A stretch of 64,000 nucleotides of DNA, from positions 1,570 to 65,569 of IMG/VR virus record IMGVR_UViG_3300048819_000116, one strand, 5' to 3'. The first letter of the stretch is position 1; the number at the start of each line of letters is the position of its first letter. This DNA comes from a virus. Its lineage: Duplodnaviria > Caudoviricetes. A model generated the notes under the pieces. That model searched no databases, was not told where the DNA came from, and saw only the letters and a program-made list of their open reading frames with translations. Positions 17,060 to 26,091 of this stretch are shown in pieces. A program made the translations under genes and the position numbers.

Positions 17060-18675
17060 AGACCGCCATCGCCGTCGTCGTCCCCGTCTGCCGGATGGAC
17101 TGGCATCTCGCCATCAAGATGCTGCGCCACCTTGGGCGGACGATGTGGTACTCGCAGGTCGATATCGACTACCCGCTCATCGTCCTGCACTCCTCAGACC
17201 TCACGCCCGCGCAGGTCTGGCGGCTCAACGACGCCTCGCGCTGGCACCCCAACCGCCACATGCGCGACGCCGCCGTGGCAGAGAAGGGCTACTTCGGGGG
17301 CACGCCGTCCTCCATGTGGAAGGCCGGGGCCGAGTACGTGGAGCAGTTCTTTCCCGGCCACGCCTTCCTCTACCTCGAGGCCGACTGCGCCGTGATCGGC
17401 GGCTGCTGGATGGACGAGCTCAGGAAGGAGTACGACGCCTGCGGCAAGCCCTTCCTCGGCGACCTCGTGATAGAGGGCCAGACGACCCCGCACATGACGG
17501 GTGTCGCCGTATATCCCCCCAACTGGCGCACCCTCGCCCCGTCCCTCGCCGCGCTGCCGGGCCCGAACGTGCAGATAGGGTGGGACAGTCAGTCCGCCCA
17601 TGAGACCTTCCCGCAGGCCGCTCAATCAAAGGCCATCCGGCAGGTCTGGCGGCCGGAGCCGTTCACTTGCACGAACCTGCGCCGCGTGCTCCCGCACGAC
17701 TGCTGGGTGTTCCACCAATGCAAGGACGGGACGATCTTCGACGCGCTGGACGAGGAGCGGACCAACAAGCCGATACCGCTCGACGCACCGATCGGCGAGG
17801 CCACCTACGAGGCCGAGAAGGCTGCGCTCTTTGGCGCGCAGGTCTTGGCCCCACGCCAGCTTCGCATCGGCATCCTCTGCGTCACCTTCCGGCGCGACGT
17901 CGAGTTCCTTCGCTACAGCCTCCAGGGGGTGCGCAAGTACGCCAAGGGCTTTACCGGCGTGACCGTCATGGTGCCGGACGTGGACCGAGAAATCTTCGCG
18001 TGGGTCGAGGGCGACGGGGCGACCTTAAAGACGTTCCATGAGGCGCCGGGCAAGGGAATGCTCGCACATGAGATCCAAGTCTGCCGCGCCGACGAGATCA
18101 TGCCGACCTGCGACGCCGTGATGCACCTCGACGCGGACTTCATGCCGTGGCGGAACTTCACGCCGGAGGACGTTGCGCCGGGAGGCAGGCCGCTCCTCGT
18201 GCGGGAACTGTACTCCGTCTGCGGGGTGAGAAACCCGAATCGCATGATATGGAAGGGGACGGTCACGGCGGCGTGCGGTCTCGTTCCCGAGTGGGAGACG
18301 ATGGTGCGCCACCCGCAGGTCCACATGGCGAACACGTACAAGCGGACGCGGGAGCTGGTCGAGAAGCACACGAAGATGCCGTTCGACGACTACGTGCTTT
18401 CCTGCCGCAACGAGTTCCCACAAGGCTTCGCGGAATTTCCCACGCTCGGTGCCGTCGCCATCCGGCACTTCTCTGGCGAGTACACGATGCTTGACTACGA
18501 CCACGACGCGGACGGCGTGAGGCACGGGCTGCCCAAGGAGGCCAGCTACCAGTACATCTACGACCGCAGGCGGGACATAGGTGTTGAGTTTTGGTCTAGG
18601 GCTGGCATCAAGGCATACGAAGCTGATGCGCGCAATTTCCTCAACGGGCAACTCCCCGCCTATTACGTCAAATGA
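17056..18675 (+). CDS. two-domain glycosyltransferase-like protein (tandem GT-A-like domains)
   Basis: Domain 1 IAVVVPV...LEADC; domain 2 IGILCVTFRRD...HLDADF; GTG 17056. Confidence 0.65.
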   Translation: MKTAIAVVVPVCRMDWHLAIKMLRHLGRTMWYSQVDIDYPLIVLHSSDLTPAQVWRLNDASRWHPNRHMRDAAVAEKGYFGGTPSSMWKAGAEYVEQFFPGHAFLYLEADCAVIGGCWMDELRKEYDACGKPFLGDLVIEGQTTPHMTGVAVYPPNWRTLAPSLAALPGPNVQIGWDSQSAHETFPQAAQSKAIRQVWRPEPFTCTNLRRVLPHDCWVFHQCKDGTIFDALDEERTNKPIPLDAPIGEATYEAEKAALFGAQVLAPRQLRIGILCVTFRRDVEFLRYSLQGVRKYAKGFTGVTVMVPDVDREIFAWVEGDGATLKTFHEAPGKGMLAHEIQVCRADEIMPTCDAVMHLDADFMPWRNFTPEDVAPGGRPLLVRELYSVCGVRNPNRMIWKGTVTAACGLVPEWETMVRHPQVHMANTYKRTRELVEKHTKMPFDDYVLSCRNEFPQGFAEFPTLGAVAIRHFSGEYTMLDYDHDADGVRHGLPKEASYQYIYDRRRDIGVEFWSRAGIKAYEADARNFLNGQLPAYYVK

Positions 18676-18712
18676 TTCGCTGGTAAATTTCGAAGTGAGT
18701 GAATGCATACCC

Positions 18713-19486
18713 ATGTCCGCTCCATTGATCGCTGGCACCCGGGATAGAAGGGTGTGCATCTACCTTTTTGAGAACCCTGAATCGTCTCTGGCATATGTCG
18801 GTTCCACACGGAATCTATATAAACGGTTTCACCAACACAGGGGTTCGCTTCGTCGGAATGAGCACAAGAACTGCCGCTTCCAACGCGAATACAACCGCCA
18901 TGGAGAGCACGCATTCATCTTTTACGTTGTGGAAGATTGCACGCTAAAAAACCTCATAGAGCGTGAGGATTATTGGTTGAAGCGTTTTATAAAAACAGGC
19001 CGAATGATGAACCTGCACGAATCCGCAAGTTATTCGGGAAACACATTCTGCGCTGAGTCCCGCCGGAAAATTTCTCAGGGGCTAATTAAACGCTGGCAGA
19101 CGCCCGGTGCAAGGGCCGCCATTTCTGCGAAGCTAATGGGGCATCCCGGGAACGGCCAAAAACCATTCAAGGTTATTGATCCGAATGGGAAGGTCCATGA
19201 GGGAATGAACCGCGCAAAATTCGCTAGAGAGCATGGATTAAGTAGCGGTCAATTCAGCGATCTGATGAATGGCAATAACAGGACGTGTAATGGTTGGTGC
19301 ACGCCAAGGGACCCGCATAGGGTGCGTAAACCCGGAGAGTTGTTTCACCCAGAGGACGTAAGGGAGATAAGAGCGCTCTTCGCCACCGGAAAATACAGGC
19401 AACTGGATTTGGCCGCTAAATTCAATACGAACAGGACCACCATACAACATATGGTAACTAGAGTAAATTGGGCTCACCTCACATGA
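18713..19486 (+). mobile_element. free-standing GIY-YIG homing endonuclease gene
   Basis: CIYLFEN...AYVGST..L..RF..H, NUMOD-like ESRRKIS and C-terminal HTH; visibly lower GC than flanks. Confidence 0.85.
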
Positions 19487-19530
19487 CCCCCTCCCCTGAG
19501 GGCCGCGTGCCGGCCTACTGGATCAAATGA
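19483..19530 (+). pseudogene. displaced original C-terminus of the 17056..18675 GT gene (15-codon mini-ORF)
   Basis: MTPSPEGRVPAYWIK* versus GT end NGQLPAYYVK*; both end TCAAATGA. Confidence 0.7.
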
Positions 19531-20213
19531 ATCAGTTCCTCATCAAGCGCCTCTCCTTCGGCCCGCTCTATCCCGGCGCGGACGGGGATTACCCGGTGAA
19601 CGCGGAACGGACGGGCCGCATCGACCATTGCCGGGACACGCCGAAACTCTGCGAGGCCGCGGGCGTCCAGCCCGGGGACGTCGTGATCGACGTCGGCGGC
19701 TTCATCGGGGACACGGCCCATGCGTTCGCCAAGGCGGGGGCGCGCGTCGTCATGTTCGAGCCCTTCATCGACTCGTTCACCTGCGCCCTCTACAACACGC
19801 ACGGGCTGGAGGTCCACTGTCACAACGCGCCCGTCGGGAACGGCGAATCCGTGAGGCTCGTCTACGACTGCCCGGGGACGAACCACGGGATGCGCCGAGT
19901 GGAGATTGCGGAGGGTGACGGGACGGTTGAGGCCGTCAGGCTCGACCGCTGCATGGACCCCTTCATCCGCCAGCACACGGTGAAACTCATCAAGATCGAC
20001 TGCGAGGGCTTTGAGATCCCGACCCTTCGCGGGGCCGCCAAACTGATCGCCGAGGACCGGCCATTCCTCTACGTGGAGCACTACGTCCAGGGCCAGCTCA
20101 ACTGCGGCTTCACGCCGGAGGAGCTTGTGGAGACGATCAAGGGGCTCGGCTACACGCTCGAAATGTGGGGCGAGCCGCCCCGCTGGGACTGGCTGGCAAG
20201 GCCGATCAAATAA
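19527..20213 (+). CDS. FkbM-family methyltransferase
   Basis: VIDVGGFIGD, FEP, VKLIKIDCEGFE. Confidence 0.88.
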   Translation: MNQFLIKRLSFGPLYPGADGDYPVNAERTGRIDHCRDTPKLCEAAGVQPGDVVIDVGGFIGDTAHAFAKAGARVVMFEPFIDSFTCALYNTHGLEVHCHNAPVGNGESVRLVYDCPGTNHGMRRVEIAEGDGTVEAVRLDRCMDPFIRQHTVKLIKIDCEGFEIPTLRGAAKLIAEDRPFLYVEHYVQGQLNCGFTPEELVETIKGLGYTLEMWGEPPRWDWLARPIK

Positions 20214-20217
20214 TCCT

Positions 20218-20931
20218 ATGCCGATATTGACCATCATCCCCTATCACGACGAGAACCGCGCCGCCGCGATTCGCCTCGCCAATTTCCTTCCGAAGCCTGC
20301 GGTCCAGTCGCATCTCTGGATGCTCGCCCGCTACGACTGCCGCGGTATCACGCCGTCGGAAATCGGGACGGCGGAGCACAAGCACGTCCGCACATATTAT
20401 TCGAAGTCCATGTCGGTCGGCACCGGGCACCCCGGGGGGCCGAACGCCATGTCCTTCGACCTTTTTGGTGCATGCAACTACCGCCGCCACCGCGAGTGGA
20501 GGGACGTGGACTGCCTCCTCCTCATGGAGCCCGATTGCGTCGTCATCTCCCGCACGTGGGCCGACGACCTGCTGAACGAGTGGAAGGCCGCGAAGCTGGC
20601 GAACCCCGAGGTCATCGTCGTCGGCTGCCACCGAAGCGCGGGCGTGGATGTGCCGCACGTGAACGGCAACGCGCTCTGGGCGATGGACACGGCGCAGAGG
20701 GTGCAGCTCTGCCCCACCTACGACAACCCGCCGGGGTGGGACAGCGCGCTTGCTTCGCAGATTGGGAGCCGCTATGCCTCCACCCCGCTGATAAACAACC
20801 TCTGGAGGGAAACCAACGTGAAGCGCGACCGCATGCTCAAGAACCCGTTCAGCGACGATCCCAGGACGCCAGTGATGATTCACGGGTGCCCGGATGATGC
20901 GTGGGGGCTGGCGTTTGAAAACTGCGGATGA
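20218..20931 (+). CDS. glycosyltransferase-like protein, paralog of domain 1 of 17056..18675
   Basis: LLMEPDC...W...L..EW...PHVNGNALW...GWD. Confidence 0.55.
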   Translation: MPILTIIPYHDENRAAAIRLANFLPKPAVQSHLWMLARYDCRGITPSEIGTAEHKHVRTYYSKSMSVGTGHPGGPNAMSFDLFGACNYRRHREWRDVDCLLLMEPDCVVISRTWADDLLNEWKAAKLANPEVIVVGCHRSAGVDVPHVNGNALWAMDTAQRVQLCPTYDNPPGWDSALASQIGSRYASTPLINNLWRETNVKRDRMLKNPFSDDPRTPVMIHGCPDDAWGLAFENCG

Positions 20932-21677
20932 CGACGGTGAATACATTCGAGCCGGTTTTCAGCATCCTGCACGCCAGCAAGGGACGCCCCGAGAAGGCGC
21001 TGGCAGCACGGCGCATGTGGTTCGACCGCGCCAAGGACCCCTCGCGGGTGGAGTACATCATGATCCTGAACGCGGGAGACCCGGCCTGCGATCAGATCAT
21101 GTCCGAGCCCGCGCCGAAATTTGGCAGAAGCCTCGTCTTCACGGCGATGGTCAGCTCCAGCGCCCCGGCATGGAACGCAGGCGCGGGACGCTCGACCGGC
21201 GACCTCCTGATACAGGCGCAGGACGACGTGGAGCCGATGGAGGCATGGGACACGGCCCTCCTCGACCGCCTGGAGCGCCGCCTTGGGCTGGAATGGGCCG
21301 ACGAGAAGGCCGTCGTCGCCGTGTCGGACGGATACCGCAAGGACGGGCTGCTATGCACGGCGATATGCACGCGGCCCTACTACAACCACGAGGGGTTCTT
21401 CCTCGACCCCGCTTTCGCCTCCGTCTTCAGCGACGACTCCTTCAGTATCCGCGCCTATGGGCAGGCCGCCGACAACGAGTGCTTCCTGATCGGCGCGAGG
21501 GAGTTGGTCTTCCGGCACCAGCACCACTACCACGTCAAGGACGACAAGGGGAACGCGCTCGTGCCGTGGGACGACACCTACCGCGACCAGAACGCCCCCG
21601 AACGCTACACCGCAGGCAAGCGGCTGTTCGAGGAGAAGAACGCGAGGTACATTAATCGCGGGTTCAAGACGTGGTGA
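20928..21677 (+). CDS. GT2-like glycosyltransferase
   Basis: SILHAS.GRP, WNAGA, LIQAQDD, FSDD, RHQHH. Confidence 0.8.
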   Translation: MTTVNTFEPVFSILHASKGRPEKALAARRMWFDRAKDPSRVEYIMILNAGDPACDQIMSEPAPKFGRSLVFTAMVSSSAPAWNAGAGRSTGDLLIQAQDDVEPMEAWDTALLDRLERRLGLEWADEKAVVAVSDGYRKDGLLCTAICTRPYYNHEGFFLDPAFASVFSDDSFSIRAYGQAADNECFLIGARELVFRHQHHYHVKDDKGNALVPWDDTYRDQNAPERYTAGKRLFEEKNARYINRGFKTW

Positions 21678-22394
21678 ATGACGACGCGCATATACATCGC
21701 CATCCCCGTCCGCGAGCGCGCACCCATAGCCGCCCTCTGTCTGCCCACCATCTTTGAGACCAAGGCGTCGCAGGATTTCATGGTGCTCTCGAACGACGGC
21801 TCCAAGGAGTTCACGAACGACTGGCTGTTCAAGTTCGGCGACCAGATACGCCAGTTCAACGAGCCGATCGGCATCCAGAACCAGCGGCGTCTCCACTTCC
21901 AGAATTTCTGGGAGCAACGCCACGCCTACACGCACTTATATTTTAGCGACTCGGATTGTTTTCACGACCCGGGCTGGAGGGCGCAGGCGCTCGGGCTTCA
22001 GGAGGAGAACGGCGGGGCGCTCACCTGCCTCTACAACACCAAGGCCCACACGGCGATGGTCGGCAACGTGCTCGAGAACGACCCGCTGAAGGACCACCTC
22101 TGGCAGAAGGTCGCGCCGGGCATCTCGTATCTCCTCACGCACGCGCACGTCGAGAAGGTGATGAAGGTGATCGACACGCTGGACCACTTCGACTGGACGG
22201 TCCCCTCCATCCTCGGCAACCGCTGCTGCATCTCGGCTGTCTCCTATTGTGACCACATCGGCTACGGAGGGGAGAGGCATCCTGCTGGGGCGGGGCTGGA
22301 CGGGGGGGATCGTGCGACCTCGCCGACACGCTGGCTGGTCGAGAAGCGCAAAGAAATCGTCGCCGCACTTGGAAAGGTTTACCGTGACGCCTGA
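21678..22394 (+). CDS. GT2-like glycosyltransferase
   Basis: IYIAIPVRER, LSNDGS, YFSDSDC, CDHIG. Confidence 0.75.
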   Translation: MTTRIYIAIPVRERAPIAALCLPTIFETKASQDFMVLSNDGSKEFTNDWLFKFGDQIRQFNEPIGIQNQRRLHFQNFWEQRHAYTHLYFSDSDCFHDPGWRAQALGLQEENGGALTCLYNTKAHTAMVGNVLENDPLKDHLWQKVAPGISYLLTHAHVEKVMKVIDTLDHFDWTVPSILGNRCCISAVSYCDHIGYGGERHPAGAGLDGGDRATSPTRWLVEKRKEIVAALGKVYRDA

Positions 22395-22899
22395 CCTCCT
22401 CCCCGACTCCGCCACATGGATCAGCACGGACGCCGAGTGCCTGCGGTGGGACTGGGTTATCGACGCGATGGAGATACAGGGCGTCTATGTCCATACGCCA
22501 CGCGAGACCGTCATCGAAGCCTTCAAGAACTCGCTCTGCTTCGGCCTCTACCCCGTGGACGCATGGACGCCGGGACCGGAAGGCCCTCCCGCGCCGCAGC
22601 TCGGCTTCGCCCGCGTCGTGACGGACGGCGTGCTGTTCTCGGCCATCCTGGATGTCGTCATCGACGAGCGCATACGCGGGCGGGGCTTGGGCGAGCGCCT
22701 GATGCGGGCCGTCCTCGGGCACCCGAAGGTGCGCGGGACAAACGTGACCCTCCACGCGCTTGAGGCGACGGGCTTCTACCTGAAGCTCGGCTTCACGCCG
22801 TCGGAGAACTTTTCCATGACGCGGCCAGCGCCGAAGATATTCAAGTCCACGCAGGGCGCTGACGAGCTTGCGAGGCGCTACATCGTCTCGCCGCAATGA
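22384..22899 (+). CDS. GNAT-family acetyltransferase
   Basis: GFARVVTD...ILDVVIDERIRGRGLGERL...FYLKLGF; GTG 22384. Confidence 0.88.
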   Translation: MTPDLLPDSATWISTDAECLRWDWVIDAMEIQGVYVHTPRETVIEAFKNSLCFGLYPVDAWTPGPEGPPAPQLGFARVVTDGVLFSAILDVVIDERIRGRGLGERLMRAVLGHPKVRGTNVTLHALEATGFYLKLGFTPSENFSMTRPAPKIFKSTQGADELARRYIVSPQ

Positions 22900-25754
22900 C
22901 CAAAACCGCCGAGCGCGCCCTCATCGACCACGCCATCCGCGAGGACTGCGGCGTCTGGTTTGAGTCCGGCTGCGCGAAGATTTGGGACAAGGACAGGAAG
23001 CTCATAAGCCCGACGCAGAACCACCTCCAGCGCCTCATCCGGCGCGTCCTTGGGCGCATGGAGGAGCTGGGCCTGCCGCTGCGCGTCATCGGCCTAAAGC
23101 CCCGCCAGAAGGGGAGCACCACCTACTTCGGGGCCGAGGACTACCACTGGATGCGGCGCCATGCGGCAAGCGTCTGCGTCATCGGCGGCCAGTACAGCCA
23201 GACGAACAGCCTCTGGTCGATTCTCCAGACGTACAACGACAACGATTCGTTCAACTGGGGCAACTCGGGCAAGATCCACGACTCCTTCGGCGAATGGACG
23301 AACGGCAGCAGGCTGACGAGCGAGACGGCGGGCGACAAATTGGCCGGCATCTCCAGCACCTTCCAAGTGCTGCACGCGACCGAGGTTGCCCGCTGGTCCA
23401 GCTACGGCGTCGCCAACGCGCCGACGGTCTTGGCGAACATCCTGAAGTGCGTGCCGCTGATCCCCAACAGCGTCGTCTTCCTTGAAAGCAGCGCGGAGGG
23501 AGCCTGCTTCGACGACACGACCGAAATCCTGACAGACAAGGGCTGGAGGCTATTCAAGGATTTGGCGGGCGACGAGGGAATCCTGACAAAAGACCCCGAA
23601 ACGAACGTAGCCTATTATCAGAAGGAATGGGAGCCAGTCGTTCATAAGTATAAAGGTCCGATGGTTCTTGCGGACACCCGCACGTGCAATTTTCTCGTCA
23701 CACCGAATCACAAGATTTGGACGACAAACTGGAAGAAGAAATGGGTGTTCCGCGAGGCGGGCGAACTGGCCATGCACACGGGAGGCCACAGCATCGACCG
23801 AGCTTTCAAATGGAAGAAGCCCGGGCTCACGCATGTCACGATACCACACTACACGCACATTCAGGGCAACGGATACAGGACGCTGCCCAACGTAGATGTG
23901 CCCATAGACATTTGGCTCAGATTCCTTGGACATTGGCTCACGGATGGCCATGTGACTTATATGTGTGGAAGGAAGGTCGTCGTGCTGACGCAGGTGAAGT
24001 ACACCGAGGAGTTCAGGGAGTCGATCACTGCCATCTCCAGATTCTTCGGCAGACCGCTTAAGGAAAATGCCCACGGCAACGGGCGTCGCTTCAATTTCTA
24101 TAGCGCGCAGCTTGCGAATTATCTACTGGCGTACTCAAAGCCAAAAAGAATACCAAGGGAGCTTTTGATGGGTCTTTCGTCGAGCCAATGCAAAGACCTT
24201 ATTGATTCGTGCTATCTTGGAGACGGGGGTAATTATAACCGAGACGCATACAAGATAGATCGCGGGATGATCTACGCCGGGCTGGACAAGGAATTTCAAG
24301 ACGACCTTCAGGAGCTCTCCCTGAAAGCGGGATATGCTTCCAGCGTGCACGGCCAGGTTCGCAATCGGAGGACCACGTACACATCTTCGATAAAGGCCCA
24401 TATAAGGCACAGCAATCCCCTAAAGATAATTCCCGAATATGAGGGCATCGTGTACTGCGTGACGCTACCACAGCATCACCTCCTAATGGTCCGCAGGAAG
24501 GGAATAGCCCATTGGTCGGGAAATTCGGGCTCCTTCCACGAGCGTTGGATCGAGGCGACCGACGCCGAGGACTTCCTATCCGGCGCGAAGGAGATCATGC
24601 CCGGCGACTACGTGCGGGTGTTCAGCCCGTGGTTCGAGTTCGGCGACTCGACAATGCGCCTCACGGAGCCCCAGAAGGAGGTCATCCGCTCCACCTTGGA
24701 CAGCGACCCCGACTTCGACGGGGAGAAGATGCTCCTCTCCCGCTACGGGCGCATCGACGAATCCGGCGTCCAGCGCCTCGGGGAAAGCGTGACGGAGCAC
24801 GACGCATGGGAGCAACTGGCGTGGAGGCGCTACGCCATCGCCAAGGAGTGCGGCAAGGACCGCCTCATCTTCGACCGCGACTACCCGCACTCTTGGCAGG
24901 ACGCCTTCATGAAGTCCGGCAACATGCGCTTCAGCCGCAGCGGGCTCAGTATCCTGCGCGACCGGATGCACGAGCGGGTGCCGCTCTACGGCACGCTCCA
25001 GGAGGCGCAGGGGCGCCCCGTCTTCCACCAGACGGACCCCTTGGAGGCGAAGGTTATCCTCTTTGAGCGGCCGATGCCGATGCGCCGGTACATCCTGTCC
25101 GTTGATCCCATGACGGGCGCCATGCAGGCGAGCGGCAAGGACCCCGACTTCCACGGCGTCTTCGTCATGCAGGGGGGCTTTCAGGACGGGACCGGCAAGT
25201 GGAACCCGCCTGCCGCGGTGGCGCGCGTCGTCCCCTGCCGGTGGGATATCGACGTCCTGGAGGAGACCATCTGGCGGCTGGCGCGGCACTACGGCGACAG
25301 TTCCGGCTGCAAGATCGTGGTCGAGATGAATCAGGACCGGGGGCTGACGGAGCTTTTGAAGCAGCGCGGGGCCGACCTCTACATGAGGGAGGTCTTCAAC
25401 CAGACCGAGTTCAAGACCACCAAGGCTTACGGCTATCTCACGATGGAAAAGAGCCGCGAGCGGGCCATCGAGTGCCTCGCGGCGGCGATACGCGACTGGG
25501 ACGAGCCGGGAGGGGGCGTTCGCCTGTGGGACGAGCACGCGATCCGCCAACTGGAGAACTTCATCAGGAAGGCCAACGGGCGCAGCGAGGCGGCGGACGG
25601 GCACCACGACGACGACGTGTTCAGCCTGGCCCTCGGCCTCCTCCTCATCGAGCACGCGACCATCTTCAACCCCAACGCGGGCATGTCGTACATCCCGCCG
25701 GACCTGCTGCCGATCATCGGCGGCGCGCAGGGGCTCCCGGGGCAGTTCAGTTAG
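22896..25754 (+). CDS. terL: terminase large subunit, interrupted by an intein
   Basis: LKPRQKGSTT (Walker A), LHATEVA (Walker B), ESSAEG, nuclease SVDP and HDDDVFS. Confidence 0.9.
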   Translation: MTKTAERALIDHAIREDCGVWFESGCAKIWDKDRKLISPTQNHLQRLIRRVLGRMEELGLPLRVIGLKPRQKGSTTYFGAEDYHWMRRHAASVCVIGGQYSQTNSLWSILQTYNDNDSFNWGNSGKIHDSFGEWTNGSRLTSETAGDKLAGISSTFQVLHATEVARWSSYGVANAPTVLANILKCVPLIPNSVVFLESSAEGACFDDTTEILTDKGWRLFKDLAGDEGILTKDPETNVAYYQKEWEPVVHKYKGPMVLADTRTCNFLVTPNHKIWTTNWKKKWVFREAGELAMHTGGHSIDRAFKWKKPGLTHVTIPHYTHIQGNGYRTLPNVDVPIDIWLRFLGHWLTDGHVTYMCGRKVVVLTQVKYTEEFRESITAISRFFGRPLKENAHGNGRRFNFYSAQLANYLLAYSKPKRIPRELLMGLSSSQCKDLIDSCYLGDGGNYNRDAYKIDRGMIYAGLDKEFQDDLQELSLKAGYASSVHGQVRNRRTTYTSSIKAHIRHSNPLKIIPEYEGIVYCVTLPQHHLLMVRRKGIAHWSGNSGSFHERWIEATDAEDFLSGAKEIMPGDYVRVFSPWFEFGDSTMRLTEPQKEVIRSTLDSDPDFDGEKMLLSRYGRIDESGVQRLGESVTEHDAWEQLAWRRYAIAKECGKDRLIFDRDYPHSWQDAFMKSGNMRFSRSGLSILRDRMHERVPLYGTLQEAQGRPVFHQTDPLEAKVILFERPMPMRRYILSVDPMTGAMQASGKDPDFHGVFVMQGGFQDGTGKWNPPAAVARVVPCRWDIDVLEETIWRLARHYGDSSGCKIVVEMNQDRGLTELLKQRGADLYMREVFNQTEFKTTKAYGYLTMEKSRERAIECLAAAIRDWDEPGGGVRLWDEHAIRQLENFIRKANGRSEAADGHHDDDVFSLALGLLLIEHATIFNPNAGMSYIPPDLLPIIGGAQGLPGQFS
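23505..24524 (+). mobile_element. intein with LAGLIDADG endonuclease (340 aa)
   Basis: Starts CFDDTTEILTDKGW; blocks FLGHWLTDG and SCYLGDG; ends VYCVTL...WSGN followed by Ser; AT-richer codons. Confidence 0.92.
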
Positions 25755-25758
25755 CAAC

Positions 25759-25787
25759 TTGACCGCGTGGGCGTCCCCGCCTACAAC
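25759..25787 (+). promoter_or_regulatory. sigma70-like promoter
   Basis: TTGACC-17 nt-TACAAC just after the terL stop. Confidence 0.6.
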
Positions 25788-25807
25788 GCCTCAACCCACT
25801 CCTCACC

Positions 25808-26050
25808 ATGGCTGTAAAACTAAGAATGCAGGGCGGCCAGGCGTTCAACTATCCGAACACCGGCAACTACACCGCCATTGAGCGGTATTTGACGGCGGCT
25901 CTCCCGCCCTCGCAGGACCACCGCAACAAGGTCGTCCTCGTCACGGATTCCACCTATGTTGACCCGGCGGGCACGGGCCTTCCCCCCATCGGTGGCGGGT
26001 CGAATCTCCAGCTCTGCTGGTCCGACGGCTTCACCTGGCGGGGACTCTAG
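25808..26050 (+). CDS. small putative virion protein
   Basis: Downstream of the promoter; ends CWSDGFTWR. Confidence 0.55.
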   Translation: MAVKLRMQGGQAFNYPNTGNYTAIERYLTAALPPSQDHRNKVVLVTDSTYVDPAGTGLPPIGGGSNLQLCWSDGFTWRGL

Positions 26051-26091
26051 GAATTTGACTTTGAGGCCCTTGGGCCATAGGCGCTTCTGCC

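Noticed and set aside
18588-19500. Group I intron containing the GIY-YIG gene
   Set aside because: The GT frame runs to a complete C-terminus before the endonuclease, and there is too little flanking non-coding sequence for a ribozyme core.
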